DNA from: Balanoglossus misakiensis
Lineage: Eukaryota > Animalia > Hemichordata
Length of the DNA: 64,000 nucleotides
Direction of reading: 5' to 3'
Assembly: GCA_040954595.2 (NCBI GenBank)
Contig: CM082598.2
Location: 5,781,097 to 5,845,096 of the forward strand
Both the position numbers and the translations under genes were made by a program. The notes below the pieces were generated by a model. The model saw only the letters and a list, made by a program, of their open reading frames with translations. It had not been told where the DNA came from and did no database searches. Every line of letters starts with the position of its first letter. The first letter of the stretch is position 1. Below are positions 25,140 through 37,851 of the stretch, piece by piece.

Positions 25140-26260
25140 AATACATAAATAATGTGTTTGCAGTAGCCATATAGGCATAATTGTTTTTTTTTGGCAGGGG
25201 GGATTATAGGGGTGAATTTGCTCTTAAATTGAATAGCATTGAGCCTATGCATCATGGCTTACAGGCAACACATTATTTAAACTTTTTGGACAATAAAAAA
25301 ACTTCACATTGTGGAGTTTACTTTAATAATAAAGTTTTCTTTATTTTATACACTTTCAGTTTTGAGTTATTTAAACGTTCATCTTTAGCCTTTTCTTCAA
25401 TGTTTGAGGGTCTTTAATGAATGTTTTTCCAATGGCTGTATCAGACGAGGTAATTTGCTGTGGCTTGACATTGCCAAGTATTTATGCATCGTCTGAGTGT
25501 TTACAGTCCTTTGATTTTATTGATGACAATTTCCTTTATAAAAACATAAATAATGTGTTTGCAGAAGCCATGTATTCATAATTGTTTTGTTTTGTTTGTA
25601 TTTGGGGGGGGGGGAAGTAAATACGCTAAAAAATTGAATGGCATGGAGATCATGCATCATGGCTTACAAGCAACACATTATTTACACTTTTTGAACAATA
25701 CACATTCAGTTTTCAGTTATTTTACATTTGAACATTCCTCTTTTTCCTCGATTTGTGAGGATCTTTAACATTTTCAAGTCTTTATCAGATAAGATTTTAA
25801 TTTGCTAAATAATGTGTTTGCAGAAGCCATAAATTCATAATTGTTTTGTTTTTGTTTGTATTTCGGGGGGAGGGTAGTAAATCAGAAAATTCGCTCATAA
25901 ATTGAATGGCATGGAGATCATGCATCATGGCTTACAGGCAACACATTATTTACAATGATATACTTCTTTTCAAGAAGTTTTCTCTATTTTATACACATTT
26001 AGTTTTCAGTTTATTTTACATTTGAACATTCCTCTTTTTCCTCAATTTAAGAGGGTCTTTCACATTTTCAAGTGTCTTTATCAGATAAGATTTTAATTTG
26101 CTAAATAATGTGTTTGCAGAAGCCATATATTCATAATTGTTTTGTTTTGTTTGTATTTCGGGGGGAGGGTAGTAAATCGGTAAATTTGCTCATAAATTGA
26201 ATGGCATGGAGATCATGCATCATGGCTTACAGGCAACACATTATTTACACTTTTTTGACA
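25140..26260. repeat. Degenerate tandem array 5, four copies of about 260-400 bp
   Basis: aaataatgtgtttgcag...gcatcatggcttacaggcaacacattattta recurs at about 25147, 25548, 25807 and 26103. Confidence 0.85.
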
Positions 26261-27362
26261 GTAAAATACTTTCAATTTGCTTTTGAAGATTTCAACATTC
26301 ATCTACATTTTCCCCCCAATTTGGGGGGATCTTCAATGAAGTTTTTCGCAGTGGCTGCAACTGATGAGGTTTCCTGCATATATCTCTTCAAGTCCAGCTC
26401 AGTTTCATTTTATCACAGGGGCTATCCCAAGCAGAAAGGGGTCTTTATAAGGGTGGGGGATATTTATGACCATAAGACCCGTTTCTGTTTGGGATCGCCC
26501 CCAATACATTAGTCACTTTAGACTCAACTGCTGTGTGCAGTGTTCAATAGTATGACTTTATCCTTTTTGTATTTTAATATGAAATTTAAGATTTAGCATT
26601 TGCTTGACAATATTTGAGATTTATACTTATAGACATTAAGGTCCACTTTGTGTTACATTTGACGACTTTTTCAGTAATTTTGGTTTATGTATGCAACACG
26701 ATTTCTGGTGTGCATAATCAGCATTGTTATTGTTAACAATTGTATTCAAGTCAATTGAATGCATTTGTCAATAATAACAATTCTGTACCAAAAATTACAG
26801 TTAGTTGCCCTTTAATATTAAATGCTACATGTAGAACAGTGTAGCACCAAACCTATTTATTGAGAACACTTTATTCATTCAGAGATGAAATATTAATTTT
26901 TGTCAGTTTTACTTTAGACTTACAATACCAAATTTTGCTTGGTATTGTAAAACTTCCAATATTTTCTTTCTGTGAACCTGCTATTTTTTTATAACAGATT
27001 AGCATCTTCATTTGAAAGTAGGGTTTTCAAAGAGGCATGAATTTAGAAATAGAATTTTTTGTAAAGTTGGTGAATTACCTACGCTTTCCCAGAGTCTTTT
27101 TCCCTTATCCTGAAAAAAGGGTTTTATCTCTGGGTTTTGGTGCGGGGTAAATTTTCAGTTTAAATATTTATTCTAGTTCAGAATAAAGTACATGAGTTTG
27201 TTCCTCATGTAAAATTGACATGTATTGTGTGTGTGTATGCATTTGGATGTGGTAGCCTGCAGGCCAGGTGGCATGGCCATGGAGACTACACGTGGAGTGG
27301 GTTGGGTCTTTGTATGTATGTGTTGAGAGCTGTGTGCGTCAGTCAACAGTACATGTGTATAA

Positions 27363-27549
27363 AAGGTATACGGTCACCTATGGAAATTTAGCTACAGTTA
27401 CCACGGTAACTTGAGATCTAGCCAATCACGGATTTTCAGTGGGTGGCACACGCAAAAAAAAAGAGCACCACCGTATGTTCTTTAGAACTCGCTAATACAC
27501 CATTTCAGCCATATATGGGTGTATGTAAATTGAAGGTGACCGTATACCT
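27363..27549. mobile_element. Kolobok-like MITE, family C
   Basis: TIR AGGTATACGGTCACC / GGTGACCGTATACCT; other copies at 53397-53479 (partial), 60712-60896, 61050-61158 (partial) and 61555-61711 (TTAA on both sides). Confidence 0.8.
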
Positions 27550-27659
27550 TGAAAATGGTAGCTTCTATCACAGTGATAGTTGATGTGTAGATGTGATTGG
27601 TGGTAGAATGTGAACTTGTTGACATGAAATTGTGAATCAACATGGAGACCTAAAACATG

Positions 27660-27975
27660 GGGGAAATATCAAAGCCTCTATAGCTGCCACTTTTTGCATT
27701 ATTTCCACAATTTTATTTTACTGATATGTATATGTGAACACCTTATTGATGCCCGATTATGGCTGTATGTGGCGATTTGAAAACACTGTATTAAAACTGT
27801 TTAATCAGCCTCCATACAAAGAGTGCACAGCTATTGTGGTATGCGTTGCCAAGAGACGACAAACTGATGCAAATGCAAGTACTATGGCTTAATGGTGAGG
27901 ATTTTAGAGGTTGGGAAATATATTTGAAGTATTTTACTGTGGAAAACTATGTGAAATTTGTTAGCTGTAGGGGCT
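27660..27975. repeat. Dispersed repeat with an inverted, diverged copy at about 41025-41370
   Basis: ggcttaatggtgaggattttagagg...tactgtggaaaa matches the reverse complement of 41050-41112. Confidence 0.75.
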
Positions 27976-28188
27976 TCAACTCAATAGTGGCAGCATCTGT
28001 TTTGGATAGATCAACATCCTGAAGCAACAAGTCCATATTCTTCTCACATCTGTCATCACTGGTCCAAACTGTACAGTGCTGTAATATACCATGAAATTTG
28101 GAGTTAAATATTTCAGATGAGACAGTAGAGGATCTCTCTATATGAATAAACTCAGGTGTAGAGATAGGCGGCGTTTTACCTTTGCTAA

Positions 28189-28460
28189 TATGGGGGTCTC
28201 ACAGGCACCATCAAGTGTCTAGGATTAGAAACCGCCTTTAAAGATTGTGGATGGTGTAAGTGGTCCTGAAATGTCTCAGATTTGTGACGGCTTTGCCGGC
28301 CAGACCTGAGCCGGTGTAAGGATTAACACCTCTCCACAACCCATTGTCTATGGGGCCGAGCCTCAGCGCCTATACATAAACTTTGTGTGTGTGGACACAA
28401 GGCGACTCAAAGGATTAATTCTCTGTGTTTACCATAGGCAAATAGTGTCTCAAATTTTAC
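28189..28460. repeat. Dispersed repeat with a direct copy at about 60253-60542
   Basis: ggtgtaagtggtcctga...gtgtaaggattaacacctctcc...aggcaaatagtgtctcaaatttt is shared between the two sites. Confidence 0.8.
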
Positions 28461-28809
28461 AAGTGTCTGAACCTGGTATAAGTCTCTACTGCTGCTGTAG
28501 CCATGTACAAGACACACAGTAAAACTTTAAAATCGTTCTTGTTAAAATTTTGATAATTTACAAGCATCATTGGAGAGAAAAATCATAGTCTACCCGAAGT
28601 CATACAGGTTGGCATCTTTGCCATCCATGTTCTGCTGACCGCCATTGATAACTTGCTCATTTCAATACCACCATTTGCAATGACTCTGGGGCTTTTCCAA
28701 TGTTTAGTCAGCACGCTATAACTGTACCATCCTTTCTGTTGTTACTTCAAAAACTCCAGGGGGGGGGGGGAAGAGGTAATGATGTTCTATGAATTCCTCC
28801 TGGTAATTA

Positions 28810-29194
28810 AGGGAGCCTTCATTCAGTATTTACAGGGGTTGGGCCAGGTGGATTCAGCGTACACCTGGACTGTAAAATGTGACCCTCCCCCTTATCCTCC
28901 CTTCTAAAATGGGACCCTCACCTTTGTCCGACATTCTAAACCTGACCCCCCTACACACATAGGCCTATGCAATATTAAATATTAATAAATTGAAAATGTA
29001 TAAATAAAGAAATTGCATATATTAAATTTGCATAAATTTTTCCAATTCATTTTGTTCTTTATATCAATTTATTTCCTGCTTTGTATTCAGGACATATACA
29101 ATCCAAGGTCTGACTGTAAAATCAGCTTGTTGAAAAAGTGACCCTCCCCCTGATTCCCCCGGCCCACCCACCCTCGTAAATACTGAAGGCTTCC
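28810..29194. mobile_element. Harbinger-like MITE with TAA target duplication
   Basis: taa|GGGAGCCTTC..AGTATTTAC ... GTAAATACTGAAGGCTTCC|taa; a partial inverted copy lies at about 43530-43623. Confidence 0.7.
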
Positions 29195-29354
29195 TAAGCT
29201 ATTAGGCAATGATGCATTCCTTATAGAATCTGATGTCATTGAAAACAGCCCAATATTCAGGTAGCCATGCCAATCTGACAAGTTCAAAAGCCAAACAATC
29301 GATCTCTGGGAACCAATTTATTACGTCACCTGTGAAACTGATGACTGCTAATAA

Positions 29355-30762
29355 GGGACCGTTCAGTTTTGACGGCCGGGGTGGGCCGGCAAAATCCGGG
29401 GGGGGGGGGGTCACTTAAATTTTGAAATCCAAAAGGGGGGTCATCTTTTTTTGAAACCATTTAAGGGGGTCACATACTTTTGCCACCGAACTTTTGCTTT
29501 TGAGTCCACAAAATTGCAGTTTCGCGCCCTTTATTTTACAAATTTTTCTAATGTGGGAGGGGGACACTCCCTCCCACACCCACCCTCTCCATTCTTCGCC
29601 AGATTTCATTTACTAGAATTGGCTGGTTTGTCTAGTGTACCGGGGCAGACTACTTGCCACCTCACCCTTGTCATGCTTGCTAATCGATACTGTTACATAA
29701 TACATGCGTATAGCGTGACCAGGTGTCACTACCAACGGGACTGGGAATACAGCGTGTATTGTTGTTCAACGTGTCCGACCAGTCTGAGTGTCAATCATTA
29801 CAATGTTATCATGTTAATCATGGTGTCAGAAGTGCTGAAATGGATAAGTTTCGACCACCGGAACTCCTCAAATTGGAAGGAAACTTGTCAGAAAACTGGC
29901 GAAGATGAAAACAAAGGTTTCAGCTGTACATGGAAGCTTCTGAAGCAAACGAGACACCAGAAAAGAAACAGTGCAGCATTTTCCTCCACGTGGTGGGCGA
30001 CGAGGCTCTTGATGTGTATAACACGTTCACCTTTGCAGTCCCAGCTGACAAAGACAATATACAGGTACTGTAGATAAATTTAAAGAATACTGTAGTCCTA
30101 GAAAGAACATGACACTCGAACGCCATAATTTGTTCACATGTTGATTTCTGATGAATCTATTGGCCACTACGTAACCGCGCTGAAAAACCGTAGCAAGTCA
30201 TGCGCATTCGGTGAACTGACGGATCATGATAGTCTTATCAAGGACCGTATCGTATGTGATGTAAAAAATTCTCATGTTTGAGTGGAGTGGCAAGAGTAAA
30301 TTGGTCGTCCCAAGTTGGTTAATTTGCTTTTGAGTTCATTAAAATGCAACTTGAGCACTTTTTTTTTTTTTTACAAAATTCTCTTATGTGGGAAGGGGAC
30401 ACGCCCTCCCATCGCACACCCACCCCCTCCACTTTTCTACCAATTATTGTATTGGTCATTTTCATTTATTCATAGAGTTCTTTATTGCAACTCTATACTA
30501 TTATACACTTCAATTATAAATTTCTTTAAGAAATTTATAATTGAGGTGTGAGGAGCATCTTTACCTTTATTGCATACAGTGTACATAACATCAGGACGGC
30601 GAATGTTTTCGGGGTGGGGGGGGGGGTCATCATATGTTTTGGCCTGTCAAAGGGGGGTCATCATATTTGTCCTGGGTGAAGGGGGGGGGGTCTGCCTGAT
30701 TTTGAAAACCGATGACACAAACTTGCCGCCCCCCCCCCCCAGCCATAAAAACTGAACGGTCC
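29355..30762. mobile_element. Harbinger/PIF-like MITE, family A, copy 2, interrupted by an LTR-retrotransposon fragment
   Basis: TIRs GGGACCGTTCAGTTTT / AAAACTGAACGGTCCC; colinear with copy 1 except for about 600 bp of extra sequence at about 29680-30277. Confidence 0.85.
29691..30277 (+). mobile_element. Truncated Ty3/Gypsy LTR retrotransposon: short TG..CA LTR remnant, PBS and decayed gag
   Basis: TGTTAC...ATCA (29691-29820) is followed directly by the PBS-like TGGTGTCAGAAGT, then MDKFRPPELLKLEGNLSENWRR*KQRFQLYMEAS...IFLHVVGDEALDVYNTF...ERHNLF...DESIGHYVTALKNRSKSCAFGEL..LIKDRIVC, a typical Gypsy gag with stops and frameshifts. Confidence 0.85.
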
Positions 30763-31202
30763 CTTATATATACCTTCTAGGACTCAATGATTAAGATTTC
30801 AGTAGACCAAAGCTTCGATAATATCTAAACATTTATTTCTTTATTAAGGCAAGAAAATAACATGATCAGTAAAATGTGCTAAAACTGAGAAAAGTTCAGT
30901 CTCCTTTTTCCAACACCTGTATCAATTGACCTAAACAATGGAAAATGGAAAAACTAAAAATCTCATGGAGATTGCGTGTTAAGATGGCGAAACCACTGGC
31001 ATAGGTATCAGCTTTGTACATGCGCATTATATGACACTAAAAATACATTAACATATTTTGTTGGCAAACAACAAACCAATCTTGGTACGTTTTCAATCAT
31101 TTTGCATCAGTGACAATAATGGGCGATTACAACAAAAGATGATAGAATATACCGTCAAAAACAGGAAAAACTGTGTGAATTCTGGCAGAGTCTAGTCATT
31201 AA

Positions 31203-31485
31203 GAGACAAAGTGTCTCTCTCGCTACCCTTTTTTCCATTAATTATTTTTGATACAAGACACTGTTTATGTTATTCTACTAGAGCGAAAACTCGCCAAAAT
31301 GAATAATTGGTGTTTACCATTATTCATTTTGGCGGGATTTTTACTCTCATATCATACAAACGGGATGGAAGTTGTGTGAGGTCGAACGTTGATTGACTAT
31401 ATATCCACATTCAGAATAACATAAACAGTGTCTTGTATCAAACATAATTAATAGGAAAGGGCAGCGAGAGAGAGACTTTGTCCCT
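31203..31485. mobile_element. Foldback MITE, family B (Kolobok-like, TTAA)
   Basis: Inverted arms gacaaagt.tctctctcgct / agcgagagagagactttgtccct|ttaa. Confidence 0.8.
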
Positions 31486-32147
31486 TTAAATAATGTACGG
31501 TATCTTGGAGTCGAAATCAGCGTTTGTCTGGTATAATATGCCTGACCATGAAGGAATGGCCCCCATTTATCAACCCCCGAGGGACTGTGAGTTACATCAG
31601 ATAGCATGCAATTGTAATTTTGCTTTAAAATAGACCAGGCATTATATTCTGGCTGCCTTAAATAGGTTTTTACTTTGTGCTAGGGAGTCAAATCAAATAA
31701 AAATAATTGCATTCTGGGTAAAAAGTCGACAACTCACTAGTAAGAGATAGAAGAAATTTGTTTTCTGTAGTTCATGACTTCATAATGTCAAACAACTTTT
31801 TTCACATATTTTTTTTCTGTTACAAAGTATCAGAAAGACCGAATATCGCTTTAGCTTATGAATTTCCATTTCTTAAACATGGCAACAATCGGCCATCTTG
31901 AAACTGTATCGACCATGTGAGATTTACACAATTCACCAAAACCTTACGTAAGGTAGGGAGACTGATATGAACTCATACTAGTCACGCAATAGGGTAATAG
32001 TTGATGTGACAATTCCTACTTTCCTATCACGTGACGGATTCTAGCAAATCCCAGCACAGCATAAGGATGAGGTATGTAGAATATAAGCCTTAAATAAATA
32101 ATAGGAATCATCTATAGTCTCTGTTAATCCCATTCGTCAGTAGTCTG

Positions 32148-33389
32148 CTAACAATGACCACTAGAAGAAGAATCGCCTAATTTCGTTTCGATATTTGTAT
32201 CAACAACCACGTGATCATCTTCATCCTGCAATGCAGGTACATTGGTGTTTACATGGTCGGTCAGCTTTGGCCGTTCTGGGTGACTTTCTGCAGCCAGACA
32301 TTCGCCAATGTTCTGTTCTGTATCATCTTGTTCAGCGGCTCCGTGACTTCCACGGTGTCGTTCTGAAGTGTGGGGCATGACTTTGTTTCTGGACTGACAT
32401 TTCACGCAGCATGCCTCCTTGAAAGCGGATCGAAAATTTCGTTTCATGAACACGTAGAGAATGGGATGGGTCAACGTTGTGCTGTAGGCCAACGCCAGGA
32501 GGCAAAGTTGCAAATTCTCATAAAACTGATTCGGCTCAGAACTCATGATTGCTATACTCGTACATGTGTGGGGGCCCCAACAAATTATAAACGTGGTTAT
32601 GATTATTGATGTTGTTAGAGAGACTCGTCTTTCCGGATCCTTGTGGTTTGTGGTTGCCTTGACAGCAGCTGGCTGCATTGTTAGCGTCGCCTGCAGAAAT
32701 GCTGTATGTATAGAGCGCCCTCTGCGTGCAACTTTAATGATGCTGTAATATGCAAATATCATAACCAAGGACGCCATGAAGAAAATGGGTATGTGATAAA
32801 GTTCGTAGTAGTAGTTATGGCGGGAAACGTAAAACCAATAGTAACACCGTTTGTACACCATGCCGCTAGATTCCGATGCGTTTTGTAAATCGACTGCATT
32901 GATGCCGAAGAACGGACTGCAGAAACCGCCCAAGCCAATACACCATGTAAATAGAGTAATCCAGACAGCGTTCTTGTTGGTAAAACGACGGTTCAGAGGA
33001 CGTAAAATCTTGTCTCTCCGATCCAGAGAAATAATCAGTACGTTAACAGCAGTTGCGGTGCTAGCGAAAGACACTGTAGCTTCGTGGAAATAGCAAAACA
33101 GTGGTACACTAGAAGTTGTTAATAACAACGATAATGTCATGGTGATAGAAATGGAACTAATAAGAATATCAACAATATTCATATTAGTAATAAACAAATC
33201 ACCGGCTGAGTGCATGGGTCTTCTGGGCGAATGGTATATAATTAGTACGATGATGTTAAAGACGAGGCCGATGACCAGTTCTAAAATCAGTATGACAGAC
33301 ATGGTGACTGCATAATTAATTGAATGATGCGTGTCCGGTTCAGGCAAGTGGTTGTCTTCTGAACTCATATTCGCTGAGCTCATCTCCAT
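32148..33389 (-). CDS. GPR22: Rhodopsin-class orphan GPCR, GPR22-like, 413 aa, intronless ORF
   Basis: Seven hydrophobic segments. FCYFHEATVSFASTATAVNVLIISLDRRDKILRPLNR closely resembles GPR22 TM3 (CCFHEACVSFASVSTAINVFAITLDRYD..KPANR, recalled from memory); CWGP in TM6 and HPILY in TM7, as in GPR22. Confidence 0.9.
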   Translation of the reverse strand: MEMSSANMSSEDNHLPEPDTHHSINYAVTMSVILILELVIGLVFNIIVLIIYHSPRRPMHSAGDLFITNMNIVDILISSISITMTLSLLLTTSSVPLFCYFHEATVSFASTATAVNVLIISLDRRDKILRPLNRRFTNKNAVWITLFTWCIGLGGFCSPFFGINAVDLQNASESSGMVYKRCYYWFYVSRHNYYYELYHIPIFFMASLVMIFAYYSIIKVARRGRSIHTAFLQATLTMQPAAVKATTNHKDPERRVSLTTSIIITTFIICWGPHTCTSIAIMSSEPNQFYENLQLCLLALAYSTTLTHPILYVFMKRNFRSAFKEACCVKCQSRNKVMPHTSERHRGSHGAAEQDDTEQNIGECLAAESHPERPKLTDHVNTNVPALQDEDDHVVVDTNIETKLGDSSSSGHC

Positions 33390-34112
33390 CCTTGTAGTAC
33401 TACAGCCTTCAGTTGTCGTTGGTTATTTCTGATAACAGCCCCTTCTGTCGTTCGACTTGCGTGCGTCACGACAAGAGACTTTGACTTTTGCCTAATGACA
33501 GGGAACCGTGATATGAAATGTATTCCAGACGTCGTTATCGACGTACGTCGCAAGCGCGCGGATTAAAGTTCAGTTCAAATAGGTGAAGTCTCTAATAGTC
33601 CTCTGCTGGTGTTTTATCAGCCCGTATCATTCCCGACAGACATGTATCCGAGAAAAAAAAATGGAAGGCACTAATATGAGCAGGAATAGTCCTCCTCTAT
33701 CGACACTCCGATAAATTACAGCGATTGTCGGAAATGAATAGATCTCCCCGGAGACGGAGGGTGAATTACGACGGTAGCCGATATTCAAATCCACTTGTGA
33801 TTTTCCGGAATGGGATCACGGCTACTGATGGCTAATTTCCCTCTTGGGATTTGGTGACGCCGGGAAATCTTGACAAAGGTCACCACAACACTAAACGTGT
33901 GCCGTATTCTGTGTTTAGGATTTGCTGTCTGCAATGTCTGATGCGGTTGCTGGTGTTAAATTTCCACGTCTCCTTTGCTCAAACAATTTTACTCTGGAGT
34001 GATCTTCATTTTATATTTGTTTGCAATTGACATCCATTGCAGTGACGTACCCTGAAACCAATAAATAGCCAAAACATAAGTATGAATCATTGTATCAAAA
34101 TGATTTTTTTTA

Positions 34113-34113
<1 letters not shown>

Positions 34114-34189
<76 letters not shown>

Positions 34190-34356
34190 GTCAGTCAGTC
34201 AGTCAGTCAGTCAGTCAGTCAGTCAGTCAGTCAGTCAGTCAGTCAGTCAGTCAGTCAGTCAGTCAGTCAGTCAGTCAGTCAGTCAGTCAGTCAATCAATC
34301 AATCAATCAAACAATCAAAAATCAATCAATCAATCAATCAATCAAACAATCAATCA
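34114..34356. repeat. (TCAA)n-(TCAG)n-(TCAA)n compound microsatellite
   Basis: Direct reading of the sequence. Confidence 0.95.
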
Positions 34357-34907
34357 GAGAAATTTGTAGGCCTATTTGTACAAACATTTTTTTCTTTCGA
34401 TTTTACATAACTGTATGATGTCAAAGAAGTCGACAATGCTTTCAAACTTTGACTTCACACATCGGCGTGTAAAATGAGAAGGCGTGTACAATAGATCAGT
34501 ATCAGTTTGCCATGTCTGAACTTATTTCTTTCAAATTTGATTGTAGCTATACAGCGCGTGGCTGTGGCATGCACATTCATTTGTATCGTTGGACGATCGG
34601 TCCAGTGTGTACGTCATTCGGCAGTTTCATTGATCGCATACCGGTGAATTAAATTACCCAGAAGCAACAGGAGCTCTGTATGGTGATTGCAACGAGCACA
34701 CTGAACATTTTCAAACTATTTTCATGATTTTACTTTGAGACTAGTTCGTGTAGATGTACCTACTGAAGGATAAGTATTCAAGTATCACTGAGAAAAAAAT
34801 ATGCAACTATATGCTCAGTTCAAAAGCTTACTTGAACCTGAAAATATTTTTCCTTGCTTTCCTTTCTGTTTCTCTAGCAATTGAGGAAGGAAGGTTGATG
34901 TGCTTGA

Positions 34908-35150
34908 AGGGACAAAGTCCCCCCCCCCCTCTCTGCCCTTTTCCCACTTATTACGTTTGATACAAGACACCGTTTATGTTATTCTACATGTGGATATATA
35001 GTGAATGAACGTTCGACTATACACAACTTCCATCCCACTTGTAGACACAAGAGTGAAAAACTTGCCAAAATGAATAATCAGTCTCTACCATTTATTCATT
35101 TTGGGCGAGTTTTTACTCTAATATCCTACAAACGGGTTGGAATTGTGCAA
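34908..35150. mobile_element. Truncated family B MITE
   Basis: agggacaaagt...tttgatacaagacaccgtttatgttattctacatgtgg; right arm missing. Confidence 0.75.
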
Positions 35151-35894
35151 CAAATGGACAAAATTCATAGTTGGTAAACAATGGGTATGTCCTTCTCAGT
35201 CGAACTCACGAAATACCACTATTTTATTGTATCACTGGCGATTTTCCTTTCCCCCTCTGTCCTCTACTATAAAAATCAGCCAAGAAAATCAAAGTTTCAT
35301 TCTGCAATGAATATGCCCACTCTCTGGTTGTGGACGCCCGAGTATAATCGAACGCATCCATGCTGTGTACCTTACTCTGTGACGTGTCGGTAATTGCTGT
35401 GAAGCTCTGTGACGTGTCGGTAATTGCTGTGACGTATCTAGTGATCGCTCTTAAAAAGGTAATGAGAGGTCACCATATGAAAAGTGCAGATGACATTTGA
35501 ATTTCGTTGGTAATTGAAGGCACATAATAAATTGTCTGCAGGCACTATGTTCAAAACACTCTAAAAACTATTGATCCGAGATTTCGTTTTCACAAACGCT
35601 CAGATCCTCCCAGTTTCATAAATCCGACACCAGGATTCGTTGGAAGGACATTTGTCTATATGTTTATTTGTGCCAAGTCATAATTCCTCTATAACGTGAT
35701 CGGCAGATATTATTAAAAGTCTGACAACTATCACAGTCCTGAGATTAAATCAAGTATGTCAATTATTTTCTTGCGGGGTCCAGAGTATGGGAGAGAACAC
35801 AACTCTACAGATAGGCCAACAAAGGTTGTAATTGATAGACGATGGTAACATGAATTTATCTTTTTGTGGCTATGCAGGGATGCATCGGGTTTAA

Positions 35895-36213
35895 ATGAAC
35901 AAAGTCTCTCTCTCTCTCGCTGCCATTTTCCCATTAATTATGTTTGATACAAGACACTGTTTTTGTTCAACCACACACAACTTCCATCCCGTTTGTAGAC
36001 ATTCAGAGTAAAAACCTTGTTCAAATGAATAATCAGTCTCTACCGTTTATTCATTTTGGCGAGTTTTTTACTCTCATATCTACAGGCGGGATGGAAGTTG
36101 TGTGTGGTCGAACGTTGATTCACTATATATCCATATGGACATTAACATAAATGGTGTCTTGTATCAGACATAATTAATAGGAATAGGGCAGCGAGAGAGA
36201 GACTTTGTCCCTT
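35895..36213. mobile_element. Family B foldback MITE
   Basis: TTAA on both sides; arms match the other family B copies. Confidence 0.8.
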
Positions 36214-37851
36214 TAAATGACATGAGCGATACGTTATGCGAGCAAATATGACGATAGTCAAGGACATAACTTTTCTATATACACTGCCAGTGCTACTTTA
36301 CTCAGCAAGCATTATTGCTGTCTTGAAGTGTACCATGCAGATATGGAGTTTTGACTACCGTGCATTGTGACCTGCCTTCATATTATGTCGCTATGCCTAC
36401 GTGTAGAATTCGAGACTTTCAATGTCGACTACAATTCTGTGCGATTGTTTAAACTCCGGCCTGCTTGCACACTATAATAGTCTCTTGCACTTCTCTGTCA
36501 ATTGTATAAAGTCCGACTGGAGAAGTCACGATGAAGAAAATGGTGAAACTATTAAGAATGTAGAGATCAACTTACGTTCATTATTTGACTGTAGCCCCAA
36601 GTCTTCGCGTTTGTTACAATCAAGTCTATCTGAAATTTGAAAAGAACGTTGTGTATTCTTAGACTGTGTAGTGGCGAGGTACATCGGCATCGTTGCCTCA
36701 AGCGTCAGTGTCTTCATATCAAAAGCTGACGTCACAGAAATTAATGAGAATGTGTACCCTACTACATTTCGCGTGTAAAATCTTAATCACTTCTACATGT
36801 CTTTGTCTCAGTGACAATATGAATAACACGCAGAGTATATAGTTGATATGAAACATAACACTATGACAATCTGGTTCCAATGTTAATAAAAAATTGCCGG
36901 GTGGTTTTAATATCCCAGCTATCCACTCGTAAATTTTAGAATTCTTCGTTGGTAGTCGATTGTCGGCAAAGATATGACATCTCAATTGGCGTACTTTGCG
37001 CTGCGCATTATTGAGCGATGGTCGATGGCATGTGGGATTGGCGTGGCTTTAAACTGATCAGTCAGGAAAGAGCGCTAGTTAATTGATTAATAGATGAGGA
37101 CAGTTTGAAATTACCATAAAATGTCTCCAGAACAATCCATGAGTCTAATGGGCGCACAGTTCCAATTGCCCGTTTAGCAATTTCGCATTACAAAAGTTAA
37201 TCAAAATTGAACACTTTATATTTAATGTACGAGCTTGGGCTTAGTGGTATACATGTACTGTAGTCTACTAGTATATCAATTGAAATCGAATGACCCCTAG
37301 AGTGAAACTCCGACTGGAATAATTCAATTAGTTGAGGAGTTAGTGTCACACTTTACGCTGAGACATTTGCAACGGGGTCAATGTTACATTGATAAACACG
37401 CGTACTTGACTTTAGGCTCACCATAATTCATTCAATCTGCTAGGAGAGGTTTATGTTCTCGTTGGATCAAAGATTTACCGGACAGCTGGATGGAAAACCT
37501 TTGAGACTGATAATTGCTTCGTGTAAACGGGTATTGATAAAATAGTATTTGTTTTAGTCACCTGAATACGTTTTTCATCGATTAGCTGGCATCGTAATGT
37601 CAATAGGGCAAGGGTAATATACCCTTTGTATATTAAAGTCTAGTCTAGTCTAGTATAAATTCATGATGGTTGAGGGCGTTTCTCCATTGGCCTCGCTTTG
37701 AGTTCAAATTCACGATGGCGATCGACTTATGTAATTATTTTAATTTATTTATAAATGCACATTTTCATTGTAAGTCATTTGCCGACAGAGTGGAGGTTAC
37801 ATTTGCCCCCCCCCCCTCCAACCATGAACTGCTTCCTACGCCCCTGTTTAA

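Noticed and set aside
29451-30077. 208-aa ORF
   Set aside because: A chance frame across a MITE/LTR junction; the real signal is decayed gag in other frames.
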